Shown piece after piece: positions 8,908-18,894 of a stretch of DNA of 64,000 nt; within the stretch, counting starts at the first letter, position 1; each line of letters starts with the position of its first letter. Origin of the DNA: an uncultured Aquiluna sp. (lineage in GTDB: Bacteria > Actinomycetota > Actinomycetes > Actinomycetales > Microbacteriaceae); NCBI GenBank assembly GCA_964388525.1, contig CAYMAU010000002.1, positions 17,034 to 81,033 on the forward strand. The letters run 5' to 3'. The notes under the pieces were generated by a model. That model had not been told where the DNA came from. It searched no databases and saw only the letters and a list, made by a program, of their open reading frames with translations. Made by a program: the position numbers and the translations under genes.

Positions 8908-10017
8908 CTAAAGAAGGTCAGAGTGGCCGGTCTGCTTGAGCGCCTCAACCATAGCTTTAACCTTCTGAGCGTGGGCCTTTGTAGTGATGAGAAGTGCATC
9001 CGCTGTGTCCACCACAATGATGTCCTCAAGTCCAATGAGCGCAACCAATCGGTTAGTGTCACTCACCAATATTCCTGACGACGAATCGGACAGGACTTTC
9101 GCTGATCCCAGCACCGCCAGGTTGTTACTATTGCCCTGTGACTGCAGTTCCGCGATTGCCGCGAAGTCTCCAACGTCATGCCATTCAAAATTACCGGGCA
9201 CTACGGCCACTAAGCCCAGCTTTGCTGCTGGCTCGGCTATGGCGTAGTCGATTGCGATCTTGTCGAGTCCTGGCCAGATTGAATGCAACTTCGCGGCTCG
9301 ATTCTCAGTGTCCCAGTGCTCAGCTAGCTCCATGACGCCTGCGTGAAGTCTTGGTTGCGTCTTTGCAAGCACATCGAGCAAAAGTTTTGCAGGTGCGATG
9401 AACATTCCGGCGTTCCAAAGGTACTTTTTTGAGGCCACAAATTTTCCGGCCTTTTTTATGTTCGGCTTTTCAATGAAGTCAGCCACCTCAAATCCTTCGG
9501 TGCCCGAGATTGAAGAACCTTTTTTGATATACCCAAAAGCCACGGATGCTTCAGTAGGAACGATGCCGATGGTGACGATCTTCCCAGTGGCGGCTATTTC
9601 AATTGAGGCTTCGATTGCCTTCAAAAGCTTTTCATTATCTCTGATTACATGGTCTGCGGCGAAAGAGCCGACTATTACTGCCGGATTTCTTTTATAAAGC
9701 ACGGCAGCTGCCAGAGCGATAGCTGCGGTCGAGTCCTTTGGTGAGGGTTCAAGAATTAGATTTGCTTGGTCTAAATGAGGCAGGTGCTTTGCAACCGTCG
9801 TGGCATGCACATCGCCGGTCACAACCATCATCCGATCGCCCACCAAGGGCGATAGGCGATCCCAGGTGTCTTGAAGCAACGTTTGGCCGGAACCGGTCAG
9901 GTCGTGCAGAAACTTTGGGGCACTGGCTCTAGAAAGTGGCCACAGCCTCGATCCCACGCCACCGGCCGGAATTATTGCGAAAAAATTGTCATGGCCAGCG
10001 GTTGTTTTTTTATTCAC
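8908..10017 (-). CDS. manC: Mannose-1-phosphate guanylyltransferase (GDP-mannose pyrophosphorylase)
   Basis: 369 aa. N-terminal IIPAGGVGSRLWPLSR nucleotidyltransferase loop typical of ManC/Rv3264c-like enzymes. GTG start. Confidence 0.85.
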   Translation of the reverse strand: MNKKTTAGHDNFFAIIPAGGVGSRLWPLSRASAPKFLHDLTGSGQTLLQDTWDRLSPLVGDRMMVVTGDVHATTVAKHLPHLDQANLILEPSPKDSTAAIALAAAVLYKRNPAVIVGSFAADHVIRDNEKLLKAIEASIEIAATGKIVTIGIVPTEASVAFGYIKKGSSISGTEGFEVADFIEKPNIKKAGKFVASKKYLWNAGMFIAPAKLLLDVLAKTQPRLHAGVMELAEHWDTENRAAKLHSIWPGLDKIAIDYAIAEPAAKLGLVAVVPGNFEWHDVGDFAAIAELQSQGNSNNLAVLGSAKVLSDSSSGILVSDTNRLVALIGLEDIIVVDTADALLITTKAHAQKVKAMVEALKQTGHSDLL

Positions 10018-10100
10018 GAAATCACTCTAGGTGTTATTCGCCTAGATTCAAAAGGTTGGCTTTTACTGGGTTAGACTTAAATACACATTCTGTTCTATCC

Positions 10101-10490
10101 ATGGAGGCTAGCTTGGCAATAAAGCCGGCAGGAACCCTATACCGAGGCAAAGTTGGTATGTGGTCCTGGGTACTGCACCGCATCAGCGGCGTAGGCATCT
10201 TTTTCTTTTTACTCGTCCACGTTTTGGACACCGCCCTCGTTCGAGTGAGTCCTGAGGCCTACAACATAGTCATCGAGTCCTACAAAACCCCGGTGGTCGG
10301 GCTAGCAGAGCTGGGCCTGGTCGGGGCAATCTTGTTTCACGGCCTGAATGGTCTTCGCGTAATCGCGATTGACTTCTGGTCTAAGGGAACGAAATATCAA
10401 AGCGCGATGTTCTGGATTGTGATTGCGGTGACTGTCATCGCTGTTGCAGGGTTCACTCCGATGCATCTTGCACGAGTATTCGGACACTAG
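10101..10490 (+). CDS. sdhC: Succinate dehydrogenase cytochrome b subunit
   Basis: ATG 10101 (MEASLAIKPAGTLYRGKVGMWSWVLHRISG...). Three predicted TM helices with conserved His. First gene of the sdhCDAB order. The track ORF from 9936 overlaps manC and is probably over-extended. Confidence 0.8.
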   Translation: MEASLAIKPAGTLYRGKVGMWSWVLHRISGVGIFFFLLVHVLDTALVRVSPEAYNIVIESYKTPVVGLAELGLVGAILFHGLNGLRVIAIDFWSKGTKYQSAMFWIVIAVTVIAVAGFTPMHLARVFGH

Positions 10491-10497
10491 GGGGTTG

Positions 10498-10941
10498 ATG
10501 ATGAGCGTAACTATCGAAGTACCAAATCGTCCTCGGACTCGCAAGCAAGCTAACTGGGAGAAGTACGGCTGGCTGTTCATGCGTGTTAGCGGTCCTTTAC
10601 TAATCGTTCTTATTTTCACCCACCTTGTGGTGAACCTTGTTCTTGGCGATGGCATCAAAGCTATCGACTTTGCATTTGTGGCTGGCAAGTGGGCGGACCC
10701 CTTCTGGCAGGTTTGGGATCTAGCGATGCTTTGGCTCGCTCTGATTCACGGAACCAACGGAATGAGAACTATTGTCAACGACTACGCCGGCCAGGTCAAG
10801 GTACGTAGAGCTCTCACGACAACATTGTGGGCCGTGTGTGCGCTTCTGATTTTGCTGGGAACTCTAGTAATTTTCACATTCGACCCATGTCCAGCTGGCG
10901 CATCTGCTGAGCTGTTGGCCTCATTCTGCCCAGCGCAGTAA
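10498..10941 (+). CDS. sdhD: Succinate dehydrogenase hydrophobic membrane anchor subunit
   Basis: ATG 10498/10501 follows GGGGG just after the sdhC stop. 147 aa, hydrophobic, positioned between sdhC and sdhA. Confidence 0.75.
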   Translation: MMSVTIEVPNRPRTRKQANWEKYGWLFMRVSGPLLIVLIFTHLVVNLVLGDGIKAIDFAFVAGKWADPFWQVWDLAMLWLALIHGTNGMRTIVNDYAGQVKVRRALTTTLWAVCALLILLGTLVIFTFDPCPAGASAELLASFCPAQ

Positions 10942-10955
10942 GTAAGGGAAATAAA

Positions 10956-12734
10956 TTGGCGGAACAAGTATCGGTAGACGACAACATCACATATCACTCG
11001 TTTGACGTGCTGATCGTTGGTGCCGGAGGTGCCGGCATGCGAGCTGCAATCGAGGCTGGGACGGACCTAAAGGTAGGTGTCGTTTCCAAACTATTCCCAA
11101 CTAGAAGCCACACCGGAGCCGCCCAGGGCGGAATGGCCGCAGCACTTGCAAACGTCGAGGAAGACAACTGGGAGTGGCACACATTCGACACAGTTAAAGG
11201 TGGGGACTACTTAGTTGACCAGGACGCAGCCGAAATCTTGGCAAAAGAATCGGTTCAGGCAGTAATTGACTTAGAGAACATGGGGCTGCCCTTTAATAGG
11301 ACCCCAGACGGCAAGATTGACCAGCGCCGCTTCGGTGGTCACACCAGGGACCACGGCAAGGCACCGGTTAGGCGCAGCTGTTACGCAGCTGACCGCACCG
11401 GCCACATGATTCTGCAGACTTTGTACCAGAACTGCGTCAAGCTCGGAATCAATTTTTTCAACGAGTTCTACGTTCTAGATTTGGTAATGAACGATGGCAA
11501 GCCAGCTGGAGTTGTTGCCTACGAGCTTGCTACCGGCGACATACATGTTTTCCAGGCAAAGTCGATTGTTTTTGCAACCGGTGGATTTGGGAAGATCTAC
11601 AAGACCACTTCGAACGCTCACACCTTGACCGGCGATGGAGTGGCGATTGCCTTTAGAAGAGGTATCCCACTGGAGGACATGGAGTTTTACCAGTTCCACC
11701 CGACCGGCCTTGCCGGACTTGGCATCTTGCTTTCCGAGGCAGCCAGAGGTGAGGGCGGAATTCTCAGGAACTCCTCCGGCGAAAGATTTATGGAGCGCTA
11801 CGCCCCGACCATTAAAGACCTTGCTCCAAGAGACATGGTTGCACGAGCAATGGCAAACGAGGTTCGTGAGGGCCGTGGTGGCGGACCGAATAAGGATTAT
11901 GTTTTCCTTGACCTGACTCACCTTGAGCCTGCGGTCATCGACGCAAAGCTTCCGGACATCACAGAGTTTGCAAGAACCTATCTTGGGGTTGAGCCTTACA
12001 CCGAGCAGATACCAGTTTTTCCAACCGCTCACTACGCAATGGGTGGCATCCCGACCAACATCAAGGCCGAAGTGCTCTCGGATAACGACACTGTCATTCC
12101 AGGTCTATACGCGGCTGGAGAGTGTGCTTGTGTTTCAGTACACGGCGCAAACCGCCTGGGCACCAACTCTCTGTTAGACATCAATGTGTTCGGGAAGCGC
12201 GCCGGACAGTATTCAGTCGAGTATGCGAGAACCGCAACTCAGGTGCCGATGCCGGAAAACGCAGCCGATGATGTGATTGCGATGATCGCCAAGGTGCGCA
12301 AAGCAAAGGGCAAGGAGAAAATTGCTCAGCTTCGTAAAGAGCTACAGGAGACGATGGACAAGAACGCTCAGGTCTTTAGAACCGAAGAAACCCTGAACGA
12401 AGCATTGGAGAAAGTCCAGGAACTTCGCAAGCGCTACGAAAACATCTCTATTCAGGATCAGGGCAAGCGATTCAACACCGATCTACTGGAAGCGATCGAA
12501 TTAGGCTTCCTACTGGATCTTGCCGAGGTCACGGTAATTGCTTGCCGCGAGCGCCGGGAATCACGCGGTGCACACCTGCGCGAGGACTACACAGAGCGAG
12601 ATGACAAGAAATTCATGGTTCACTCCATGGTCTACAAGCAGGAAAAAATCGAAAAGAACACCGGGACAAACATGAGAATTGGCTGGAAGCCCGTTGTTGT
12701 GACTAACTACCAACCTATGGAGCGCAAGTACTAA
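10956..12734 (+). CDS. sdhA: Succinate dehydrogenase flavoprotein subunit
   Basis: 592 aa. FAD-binding VLIVGAGGAGMRAA, covalent-FAD His context RSHTGAAQGG, and active-site HPTG and RGEGG segments. TTG start. Confidence 0.95.
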   Translation: MAEQVSVDDNITYHSFDVLIVGAGGAGMRAAIEAGTDLKVGVVSKLFPTRSHTGAAQGGMAAALANVEEDNWEWHTFDTVKGGDYLVDQDAAEILAKESVQAVIDLENMGLPFNRTPDGKIDQRRFGGHTRDHGKAPVRRSCYAADRTGHMILQTLYQNCVKLGINFFNEFYVLDLVMNDGKPAGVVAYELATGDIHVFQAKSIVFATGGFGKIYKTTSNAHTLTGDGVAIAFRRGIPLEDMEFYQFHPTGLAGLGILLSEAARGEGGILRNSSGERFMERYAPTIKDLAPRDMVARAMANEVREGRGGGPNKDYVFLDLTHLEPAVIDAKLPDITEFARTYLGVEPYTEQIPVFPTAHYAMGGIPTNIKAEVLSDNDTVIPGLYAAGECACVSVHGANRLGTNSLLDINVFGKRAGQYSVEYARTATQVPMPENAADDVIAMIAKVRKAKGKEKIAQLRKELQETMDKNAQVFRTEETLNEALEKVQELRKRYENISIQDQGKRFNTDLLEAIELGFLLDLAEVTVIACRERRESRGAHLREDYTERDDKKFMVHSMVYKQEKIEKNTGTNMRIGWKPVVVTNYQPMERKY

Positions 12735-13468
12735 TGGCTGAACTATCCGTTCCAACGATTGAGTCCTTCACGGTCACACTTATCGTCAGAAGATTCGACC
12801 CAGAGAACGACACAGAACCGAAGTGGGAGGATTTTGACGTTGAAATGTATGGAACCGACCGGGTCCTAGACGCGCTTCACAAAATCAAGTGGGAGCAAGA
12901 TGGCTCACTGACCTTCCGTCGCTCTTGCGCACACGGTGTTTGCGGCTCCGATGCAATGCGTATCAACGGCAGAAACCGACTTGCCTGCAAGACTCTTATC
13001 AAGGACCTTGACATCTCTAAGCCGATCTACGTGGAGCCAATCAAGGGCCTACCGGTAGAGAAGGACCTAATTGTTGACATGACGCCTTTCTACAAGGCGT
13101 ACCTGGAAATCAACCCATTCTTGGTTGCCACCGATAAGCCCAAGAAGGAGCGCCTGCAGTCTCCCGAAGATCGTGCGCGCTACGACGACACGACCAAGTG
13201 CATCCTTTGTGCCGCATGCACAAGTAGCTGTCCAGTGTTCTGGACCGATGGTCAGTACTTCGGTCCAGCCGCAATCGTGAACGCCCACCGCTTCATCTTT
13301 GACTCCAGAGACGAAAACGCAGAACTGCGTTTGGATATATTGAACGATAAAGAAGGTGTTTGGCGCTGCCGCACTACCTTTAACTGCACCGAAGCGTGCC
13401 CGAGAGGGATTGAAGTCACTAAAGCCATAGCCGAGGTGAAGCAAGCCATCTTGCGTGGAAGAGCTTAG
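12734..13468 (+). CDS. sdhB: Succinate dehydrogenase iron-sulfur subunit
   Basis: 244 aa. Cys clusters CAHGVCGSDAMRING, CILCAACTSSCP and CTEACP. TAATG overlap with sdhA. Confidence 0.95.
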   Translation: MAELSVPTIESFTVTLIVRRFDPENDTEPKWEDFDVEMYGTDRVLDALHKIKWEQDGSLTFRRSCAHGVCGSDAMRINGRNRLACKTLIKDLDISKPIYVEPIKGLPVEKDLIVDMTPFYKAYLEINPFLVATDKPKKERLQSPEDRARYDDTTKCILCAACTSSCPVFWTDGQYFGPAAIVNAHRFIFDSRDENAELRLDILNDKEGVWRCRTTFNCTEACPRGIEVTKAIAEVKQAILRGRA

Positions 13469-13491
13469 GCAATTTATTTGTTGAAAACTCA

Positions 13492-13938
13492 ATGACCTTA
13501 AATAGACGAGCTGCCCTTACTGGGATTGTCGCAACATCTGCCGCCTTTACCCTTGCTGCCTGCGCCTCTGAAGCCCAGCCAGTAAAAACCACTCTCCCTA
13601 GCGCCACCGTAGACGCATCAAGCGCGCCGCCTCCATCAGAGCAATTACTTGGAAAAGCCAGTGAAGTGATTGTCGGATCCGGAATGAAGTACAAAATAAG
13701 CGATGCGCTCACCATCTTGGTTACGCGTCCCGCTCTAGAAACCTTCCGTGCCTTCAACGCGACCTGTACCCACGCCGGCTGCATCGTTACCGGCGTTCGA
13801 GAAAATCAGATAGCTTGCGGTTGCCATGGCGCTAGGTTCGACACCGACACCGGCGAACCTCAGTCCGGTCCGGCAAGAAGCGCCTTGGGCAAAATAATTA
13901 TTGAAGTGCGCGGTGAAGACCTCTACGCGCTTATCTAG
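13492..13938 (+). CDS. Small Rieske [2Fe-2S] domain protein with a Tat signal and lipobox
   Basis: 148 aa. The N-terminus MTLNRRAALTGIVATSAAFTLAAC carries a twin-Arg plus an LAAC lipobox. Rieske boxes CTHAGC and CGCHGARF. Starts 23 nt after sdhB. Confidence 0.85.
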   Translation: MTLNRRAALTGIVATSAAFTLAACASEAQPVKTTLPSATVDASSAPPPSEQLLGKASEVIVGSGMKYKISDALTILVTRPALETFRAFNATCTHAGCIVTGVRENQIACGCHGARFDTDTGEPQSGPARSALGKIIIEVRGEDLYALI

Positions 13939-13955
13939 CTCATAGATTGGTGTAG

Positions 13956-14765
13956 ATGCTAAAGATTGCCAGCGTTAATGTAAACGGAGTCCGCGCAGCA
14001 GCTCGCAAGAACATGGGCGACTGGGTTCAAGAATCCAACCCCGATGTACTCTGCCTTCAAGAGGTCCGCGCCCCGAGCGAAGACCTGATTGAACTTTCAA
14101 CTAACGGTCCGCTCTCAGTTCCTGAGGGCTGGAACATTTTTGATGACCTTGCCACCGCCAAGGGTAGAGCCGGTGTCGCGGTCCTTTCCAAGCACAGGGT
14201 CTTGTCCACCTCAACCAAACTCGGCCCAGATGATTTTGATTCAGCTGGCAGATGGCTTGAGGCTGAAATCGAAGTTGGTGGCCACAAGGTCACTGTCATC
14301 AGTTGCTACGTCCACTCTGGAGAAGTAGCTACCCCCAAGCAAGTTGAGAAATATAAGTTCTTGGATGCCATGACGATTCGCATGCAGGAGCTGATGGACT
14401 CGGGTCAACACGCGGTCGTCGTTGGAGACCTAAACGTTGGCCACACCGAACTAGATATAAAAAATTGGAAGGGCAATCTGAAAAACTCCGGCTTCCTGCA
14501 GGAAGAGCGTGTGTATTTCGATGGCTTCCAAAAAATGGGCTGGGTAGATGTGGGAAGAACCAGCCACCCAGACCAACCTGGCCCCTATACCTGGTGGTCC
14601 TATCGAGGTAAAGCTTTCGACACTGATGCTGGTTGGCGAATTGATTACCAGCTGGCTACACCAGCATTGGCAAAACTGAGCCAGACTTATCAGGTAGATC
14701 GAGCACCGAGCTATGACACCAGGTGGAGCGACCACTCTCCGGTTGTCGTTGAGTACGAACTGTAG
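13956..14765 (+). CDS. xthA: Exodeoxyribonuclease III (AP endonuclease)
   Basis: 269 aa. ExoIII/EEP family pattern: N-terminal MLKIASVNVNG, LCLQE, GDLNV and a C-terminal SDHSPV motif. Confidence 0.9.
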   Translation: MLKIASVNVNGVRAAARKNMGDWVQESNPDVLCLQEVRAPSEDLIELSTNGPLSVPEGWNIFDDLATAKGRAGVAVLSKHRVLSTSTKLGPDDFDSAGRWLEAEIEVGGHKVTVISCYVHSGEVATPKQVEKYKFLDAMTIRMQELMDSGQHAVVVGDLNVGHTELDIKNWKGNLKNSGFLQEERVYFDGFQKMGWVDVGRTSHPDQPGPYTWWSYRGKAFDTDAGWRIDYQLATPALAKLSQTYQVDRAPSYDTRWSDHSPVVVEYEL

Positions 14766-14774
14766 GAACAGAAG

Positions 14775-15779
14775 ATGACTAAACCAAGCCTGCTCTCAGG
14801 AATGCAACCATCGGCGGCAAGCCTTCACCTTGGAAACTATCTTGGTGCTCTTACCCAGTGGGTGGCGATGCAAGATCAGTTCAACGCCTACTACGTAATT
14901 GTTGACCTGCACGCGATCACGGTTCCGCAGGATCCGAACCTGCTCCGCGAAAACACCCGTCGGACAGCGGCTCAGTATCTGGCCGCCGGATTGGACCCAG
15001 CCAAGAGTGCTTTGTTTGTGCAGTCTCATGTCCCTGCTCACGCTCAACTAGCCTGGGTGCTGAACTGCATTACCGGTTTCGGCGAAGCCTCGAGAATGAC
15101 ACAGTTCAAAGACAAGAGCCAAAAAGGTGGAGCAGACAATTCATCCGTCGGTTTATTCACATACCCAATCTTGCAAGCGGCTGACATTTTGCTTTATCAA
15201 CCAACCGCCGTCCCTGTCGGCGAAGACCAGCGTCAACACCTCGAACTTACCCGCGATTTGGCGATGCGGTTTAATGCAAGATACGGCGAGACCTTCACCA
15301 TTCCAAAAGCGGAAATCTTAAAAGAAACCGCCAAAATTTACGACCTTCAGGTGCCGACAGCGAAGATGTCAAAGTCAGCTCATGACCCCAAGGGATTGAT
15401 AAACCTCATGGACGAGCCTGCGCAAATAACAAAAAAAATAAAATCTGCAGTCACCGACACCGATGGAGACATCCGGTTTGACCCAGAAAACAAGCCGGGA
15501 ATTTCTAACCTTCTCGGTATTTATTCTGCACTCACCGGAGAGCCGGTCGCCAAATTAGAAGCAGGCCTTTCTGGCAGTGGCTACGGAACACTCAAGACTG
15601 AAGTGGCCGAAGTAGTAGTTGCAGCACTGGAGCCAATCCGAACTAGAGCCAATGAACTTCTCGAGGATCCGGCTGAATTAGATCGTCTGCTTGCCAAAGG
15701 GGCGGCTAGCGCCAACGAGACTGCGGAAAAAACCCTCAAGGCCGTCTATCAAAACCTTGGGCTGGTAACTCCGGTCTGA
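14775..15779 (+). CDS. trpS: Tryptophan--tRNA ligase
   Basis: 334 aa. HIGH-type motif (LHLGNYLG), the KMSKS motif is present verbatim, and a [13 protein letters not shown] segment typical of TrpRS. Confidence 0.95.
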   Translation: MTKPSLLSGMQPSAASLHLGNYLGALTQWVAMQDQFNAYYVIVDLHAITVPQDPNLLRENTRRTAAQYLAAGLDPAKSALFVQSHVPAHAQLAWVLNCITGFGEASRMTQFKDKSQKGGADNSSVGLFTYPILQAADILLYQPTAVPVGEDQRQHLELTRDLAMRFNARYGETFTIPKAEILKETAKIYDLQVPTAKMSKSAHDPKGLINLMDEPAQITKKIKSAVTDTDGDIRFDPENKPGISNLLGIYSALTGEPVAKLEAGLSGSGYGTLKTEVAEVVVAALEPIRTRANELLEDPAELDRLLAKGAASANETAEKTLKAVYQNLGLVTPV

Positions 15780-15817
15780 GGAATTTCTCAGCTCAAAAGA
15801 GTATTGTTTCAAGTAAG

Positions 15818-15964
15818 CACAGTTCTTCGGGGTCAGTGAAAATCTGAACCGGCGGTTATAGTCCGCGACCCGACTGGAAACATCGCAGCCGGCGATGATA
15901 CTCCAGGCGGTTGACTTGGTGGAAATCCAAGACCGACGGTTAAAGTCCGGATGAGAGAAGAACT
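15818..15964 (+). promoter_or_regulatory. FMN riboswitch (RFN element) controlling the rib operon
   Basis: Conserved RFN blocks: ttcttcggggtcagtgaaaatctgaaccggcggttatagtccgcgaccc ... gaccgacggttaaagtccggatgagagaagaa. The P1 helix is agttcttc/gaagaact. Located 70 nt upstream of ribD. Confidence 0.9.
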
Positions 15965-15992
15965 AGGGCGCTATTTGCGCCCTCTTATTTTT
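15965..15992 (+). terminator. Riboswitch expression-platform terminator
   Basis: Hairpin agggcgc-tattt-gcgccct followed by cttattttt, directly 3' of the aptamer P1 strand. Confidence 0.7.
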
Positions 15993-16033
15993 CCGTTCCC
16001 GCGGTTCTGTGTTGTCAGAATCGAAAGGGAAAG

Positions 16034-17062
16034 ATGCCAAGCGCAGAGCAATACGAATCCGCGATGCGCCGCGCTCTCGAGATCTCTCTAAACGGGCCAG
16101 CTGTTGGAATAAACCCTCAGGTTGGCGCGGTAATTTTGGATCCGACTGGCGCCGTTGTGAGTGAGGGCTGGCATACAGGTACCGGCAGCGACCACGCCGA
16201 GGTTATGGCCCTCAAGCAATTTGCCCAGAATTTTACGAATTCTTCTCTTGAAAATCACACCGCAGTCGTGACGCTAGAGCCGTGCAACCATGTTGGTAAG
16301 ACTGGACCCTGCGCCTGGGCCCTTGTTGAGGCTGGAATCAGTCGTGTCGTGTTCGCATCTGCTGATCCCGGGGATCAGTCAAGCCAAGGATCTCAAACTC
16401 TGAAGGATGCTGGTATCGAGGTAATACCCGGCGTCCTCCTTCAGCAAGCCGAGGAGCAAAATCGGGTCTGGCTAGTCTCTAAAAGACTTAGCAGACCATT
16501 TGTGACCCTAAAGTGGGCTAGCTCGTTAGATGGCCGCAGTGCGGCCTCTGATGGCACTAGCCAATGGATTAGCGGCCCTGAATCAAGGGCAGATACTCAT
16601 TCGAGGCGTGCAAGCGCGGATAGCATTTTGGTGGGAACCGGCACCGCCATTGCCGATGACCCTGAACTGACGGCCAGGAGGCCAGACGGTAGTTATTTTG
16701 AAGATCAACCAATCCGGATAGTTTTGGGCGAATCGGCAATTCCAAATACTTTGCGTCTCTTTAGTGACAAGGCAAAAACAATTCAAATCCAAACGCGCGA
16801 CCTGCACGACGCCCTGCAGCAAATTTGGGCGCAGGGCATAAAGCACGTTTTTGTTGAAGGTGGACCAAAGCTTGCGAGCGCATTTGTTGCAGCCAAATTG
16901 GTGGATGAATTCATTGTTTACCTAGCTCCCAAGCTTCTCGGTGGCCCAAACATGGCACTTGACCAAATAGGAATTACCAGCATCGAAGACGCAGCACGAC
17001 TTCAAGTGCTGGAAACCAAACAACTTGGAAACGACATATTCATCAGAGCGAGGAGCGCCTAA
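16034..17062 (+). CDS. ribD: Bifunctional diaminohydroxyphosphoribosylaminopyrimidine deaminase / 5-amino-6-(5-phosphoribosylamino)uracil reductase
   Basis: 342 aa. Deaminase zinc motifs HAEVMAL and PCNHVGKTGPC. C-terminal RibD_C reductase domain. First gene after the FMN riboswitch. Confidence 0.93.
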   Translation: MPSAEQYESAMRRALEISLNGPAVGINPQVGAVILDPTGAVVSEGWHTGTGSDHAEVMALKQFAQNFTNSSLENHTAVVTLEPCNHVGKTGPCAWALVEAGISRVVFASADPGDQSSQGSQTLKDAGIEVIPGVLLQQAEEQNRVWLVSKRLSRPFVTLKWASSLDGRSAASDGTSQWISGPESRADTHSRRASADSILVGTGTAIADDPELTARRPDGSYFEDQPIRIVLGESAIPNTLRLFSDKAKTIQIQTRDLHDALQQIWAQGIKHVFVEGGPKLASAFVAAKLVDEFIVYLAPKLLGGPNMALDQIGITSIEDAARLQVLETKQLGNDIFIRARSA

Positions 17063-17652
17063 TGTTCACCGGAATCATTGAAGAACTTGGAACCGTAACT
17101 GGAATTACCAGGCAGTCAGATGCATTGCGTTTAACGATAAAGGGCAAAATGGTGCTGGAAGACCTGAAGCGAGGAGATTCGATCTCCTGCTCGGGCACTT
17201 GCCTAACCGCTATCGAGATTGACGAGAATGGCTTCACCGCAGACGTCATGATGGAAACCATCAAGCTAACCAGCCTCATGGAGGTGGTAGTTGGTGACCC
17301 AATAAACCTGGAGCGTGCAATGAACGCGCAAACTCGTTACGGCGGGCACGTCGTCCAAGGGCACATCGACGGTGTCGGAGAGTTTGTCTCGCGCGAGACC
17401 AGTGAGAACTGGGATTGGGTAAGAATCAGGATCCCGCGCGAGCTCTTGCGCTACGTGGTGATGAAGGGGTCAATCACCTTTGACGGCATCTCGCTCACCG
17501 TCAATGAAATATCCGACGACGTAATTGGGCTTTCCCTTATTCCTGAGACGCTGCAGGTGACAACCCTGGGTTCCAAAAAGCCCGGATCAAAGGTCAACGT
17601 TGAGGTTGATGTGATGGCAAAGCACATCGAGAGACTCATGGAGTTCAAGTAA
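17062..17652 (+). CDS. ribE: Riboflavin synthase (alpha chain)
   Basis: 196 aa. N-terminal MFTGIIEELG and the internal repeat typical of riboflavin synthase (GDSISCSGTCLT / GSITFDGISLTV). Confidence 0.93.
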   Translation: MFTGIIEELGTVTGITRQSDALRLTIKGKMVLEDLKRGDSISCSGTCLTAIEIDENGFTADVMMETIKLTSLMEVVVGDPINLERAMNAQTRYGGHVVQGHIDGVGEFVSRETSENWDWVRIRIPRELLRYVVMKGSITFDGISLTVNEISDDVIGLSLIPETLQVTTLGSKKPGSKVNVEVDVMAKHIERLMEFK

Positions 17653-18894
17653 ATGGAAATTATTGAATCAAGTATTGAAGAGGTTCTTGCTGCCCTTAGG
17701 GCCGGCAAGCCGGTTTTGGTCACTGACGCTGCAGACCGAGAAGACGAGGGGGACGCAATAATCGCTGCTGAGTTTGCAACTACCGAGTGGATGGCATGGA
17801 TGATCCGCTACACCTCAGGATATATCTGTGCTCCTATGACTGAGCAGCGAGCCAACGAACTTGACTTGCCATTGATGTGGGTAAAAACCCAAGACCCCCA
17901 CCGCACCGCCTACACGGTAAGCGTCGATGCTACCGACCGCGCGACAACCGGTATCTCGGCCGCAGACAGAGGTCTGACGGCCAGAGTTCTGGCTGACCGG
18001 AACTCTGGACCCCTTTCGCTAATGCGCCCAGGTCACGTTCTTCCGCTGCGAGCGAAGGACGGTGGTGTGCTAGAAAGAGCCGGTCACACCGAAGCAGCGG
18101 TTGATCTCATGAAACTGGCGGGACTTGAGCCGGTCGCAATGATGGCCGAGATGGTCAACGACGACGGAACCATGATGCGGCGCGAGGAATTATTTCAGAC
18201 CTCCGTAAGGTTTGGGTTACCTATGACTAGCATTTCTAATCTGAAGGATCACTTGGCTAAGCTCTCCCCGAAGATGAATCCCAGCAGTAACAGGATTCGT
18301 TTCGATGCCGAGGCCAACTTGCCTACCACGCACGGTGACTTCCGCGTCCGAGGCTATTACGACGTGCAGACCACTGCCGATCATGTCGCCATCATCGCGG
18401 GCAACCCAACTGGAAAGAATGTTCTTGTCCGCCTGCACTCAGAGTGCATCACGGGAGAGGCCTTCGGGTCGCTGAAATGTGAATGTGGCCCACAACTAGA
18501 TGCTGCAATGGATGCCATTGCCGCTGACCCAAAAGGCGGAGTAGTTATTTACCTGCGTGGCCAAGAGGGCCGAGGTATTGGGCTACTTAACAAGCTAAAG
18601 GCTTATGCGTTGCAAGAACAAGGCTTGGACACAGTGGATGCGAACCTCGCGCTTGGACTCCCAAGCGAAGCGCGCGAGTACGGAGCAGCGATTGCTATTT
18701 TGCAAGACTTGGGCATCGAAAGCGTTCGCTTGCTGACAAATAATCCTGAAAAGCGAGAGTCTCTGGAGAACGCTGACATAGCTGTCACCGAGACAGTTCC
18801 CCTGATTGTTGGCGTAGTAGAACAGAACCTCGGGTATCTAGCCGCTAAGCGCGAGCGCATGGGACATGAGTTACCCGCTAATCTGGACAAGTGA
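17653..18894 (+). CDS. ribBA: Bifunctional 3,4-dihydroxy-2-butanone-4-phosphate synthase / GTP cyclohydrolase II
   Basis: 413 aa. DHBP synthase region (DREDEGD, RAGHTEAAVDL) and GCH-II Cys motif (HSECITGEAFGSLKCECG). Confidence 0.93.
   Translation: MEIIESSIEEVLAALRAGKPVLVTDAADREDEGDAIIAAEFATTEWMAWMIRYTSGYICAPMTEQRANELDLPLMWVKTQDPHRTAYTVSVDATDRATTGISAADRGLTARVLADRNSGPLSLMRPGHVLPLRAKDGGVLERAGHTEAAVDLMKLAGLEPVAMMAEMVNDDGTMMRREELFQTSVRFGLPMTSISNLKDHLAKLSPKMNPSSNRIRFDAEANLPTTHGDFRVRGYYDVQTTADHVAIIAGNPTGKNVLVRLHSECITGEAFGSLKCECGPQLDAAMDAIAADPKGGVVIYLRGQEGRGIGLLNKLKAYALQEQGLDTVDANLALGLPSEAREYGAAIAILQDLGIESVRLLTNNPEKRESLENADIAVTETVPLIVGVVEQNLGYLAAKRERMGHELPANLDK

Noticed and set aside
11475-12032. 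185-aa - strand ORF inside sdhA, and the 93/84-aa + strand out-of-frame ORFs
   Set aside because: They overlap the sdhA frame, which carries diagnostic FAD and active-site motifs. No SD and no recognisable domain.
14766-14774. T-box or Trp attenuator upstream of trpS
   Set aside because: trpS starts 9 nt after xthA, which leaves no room for a leader.
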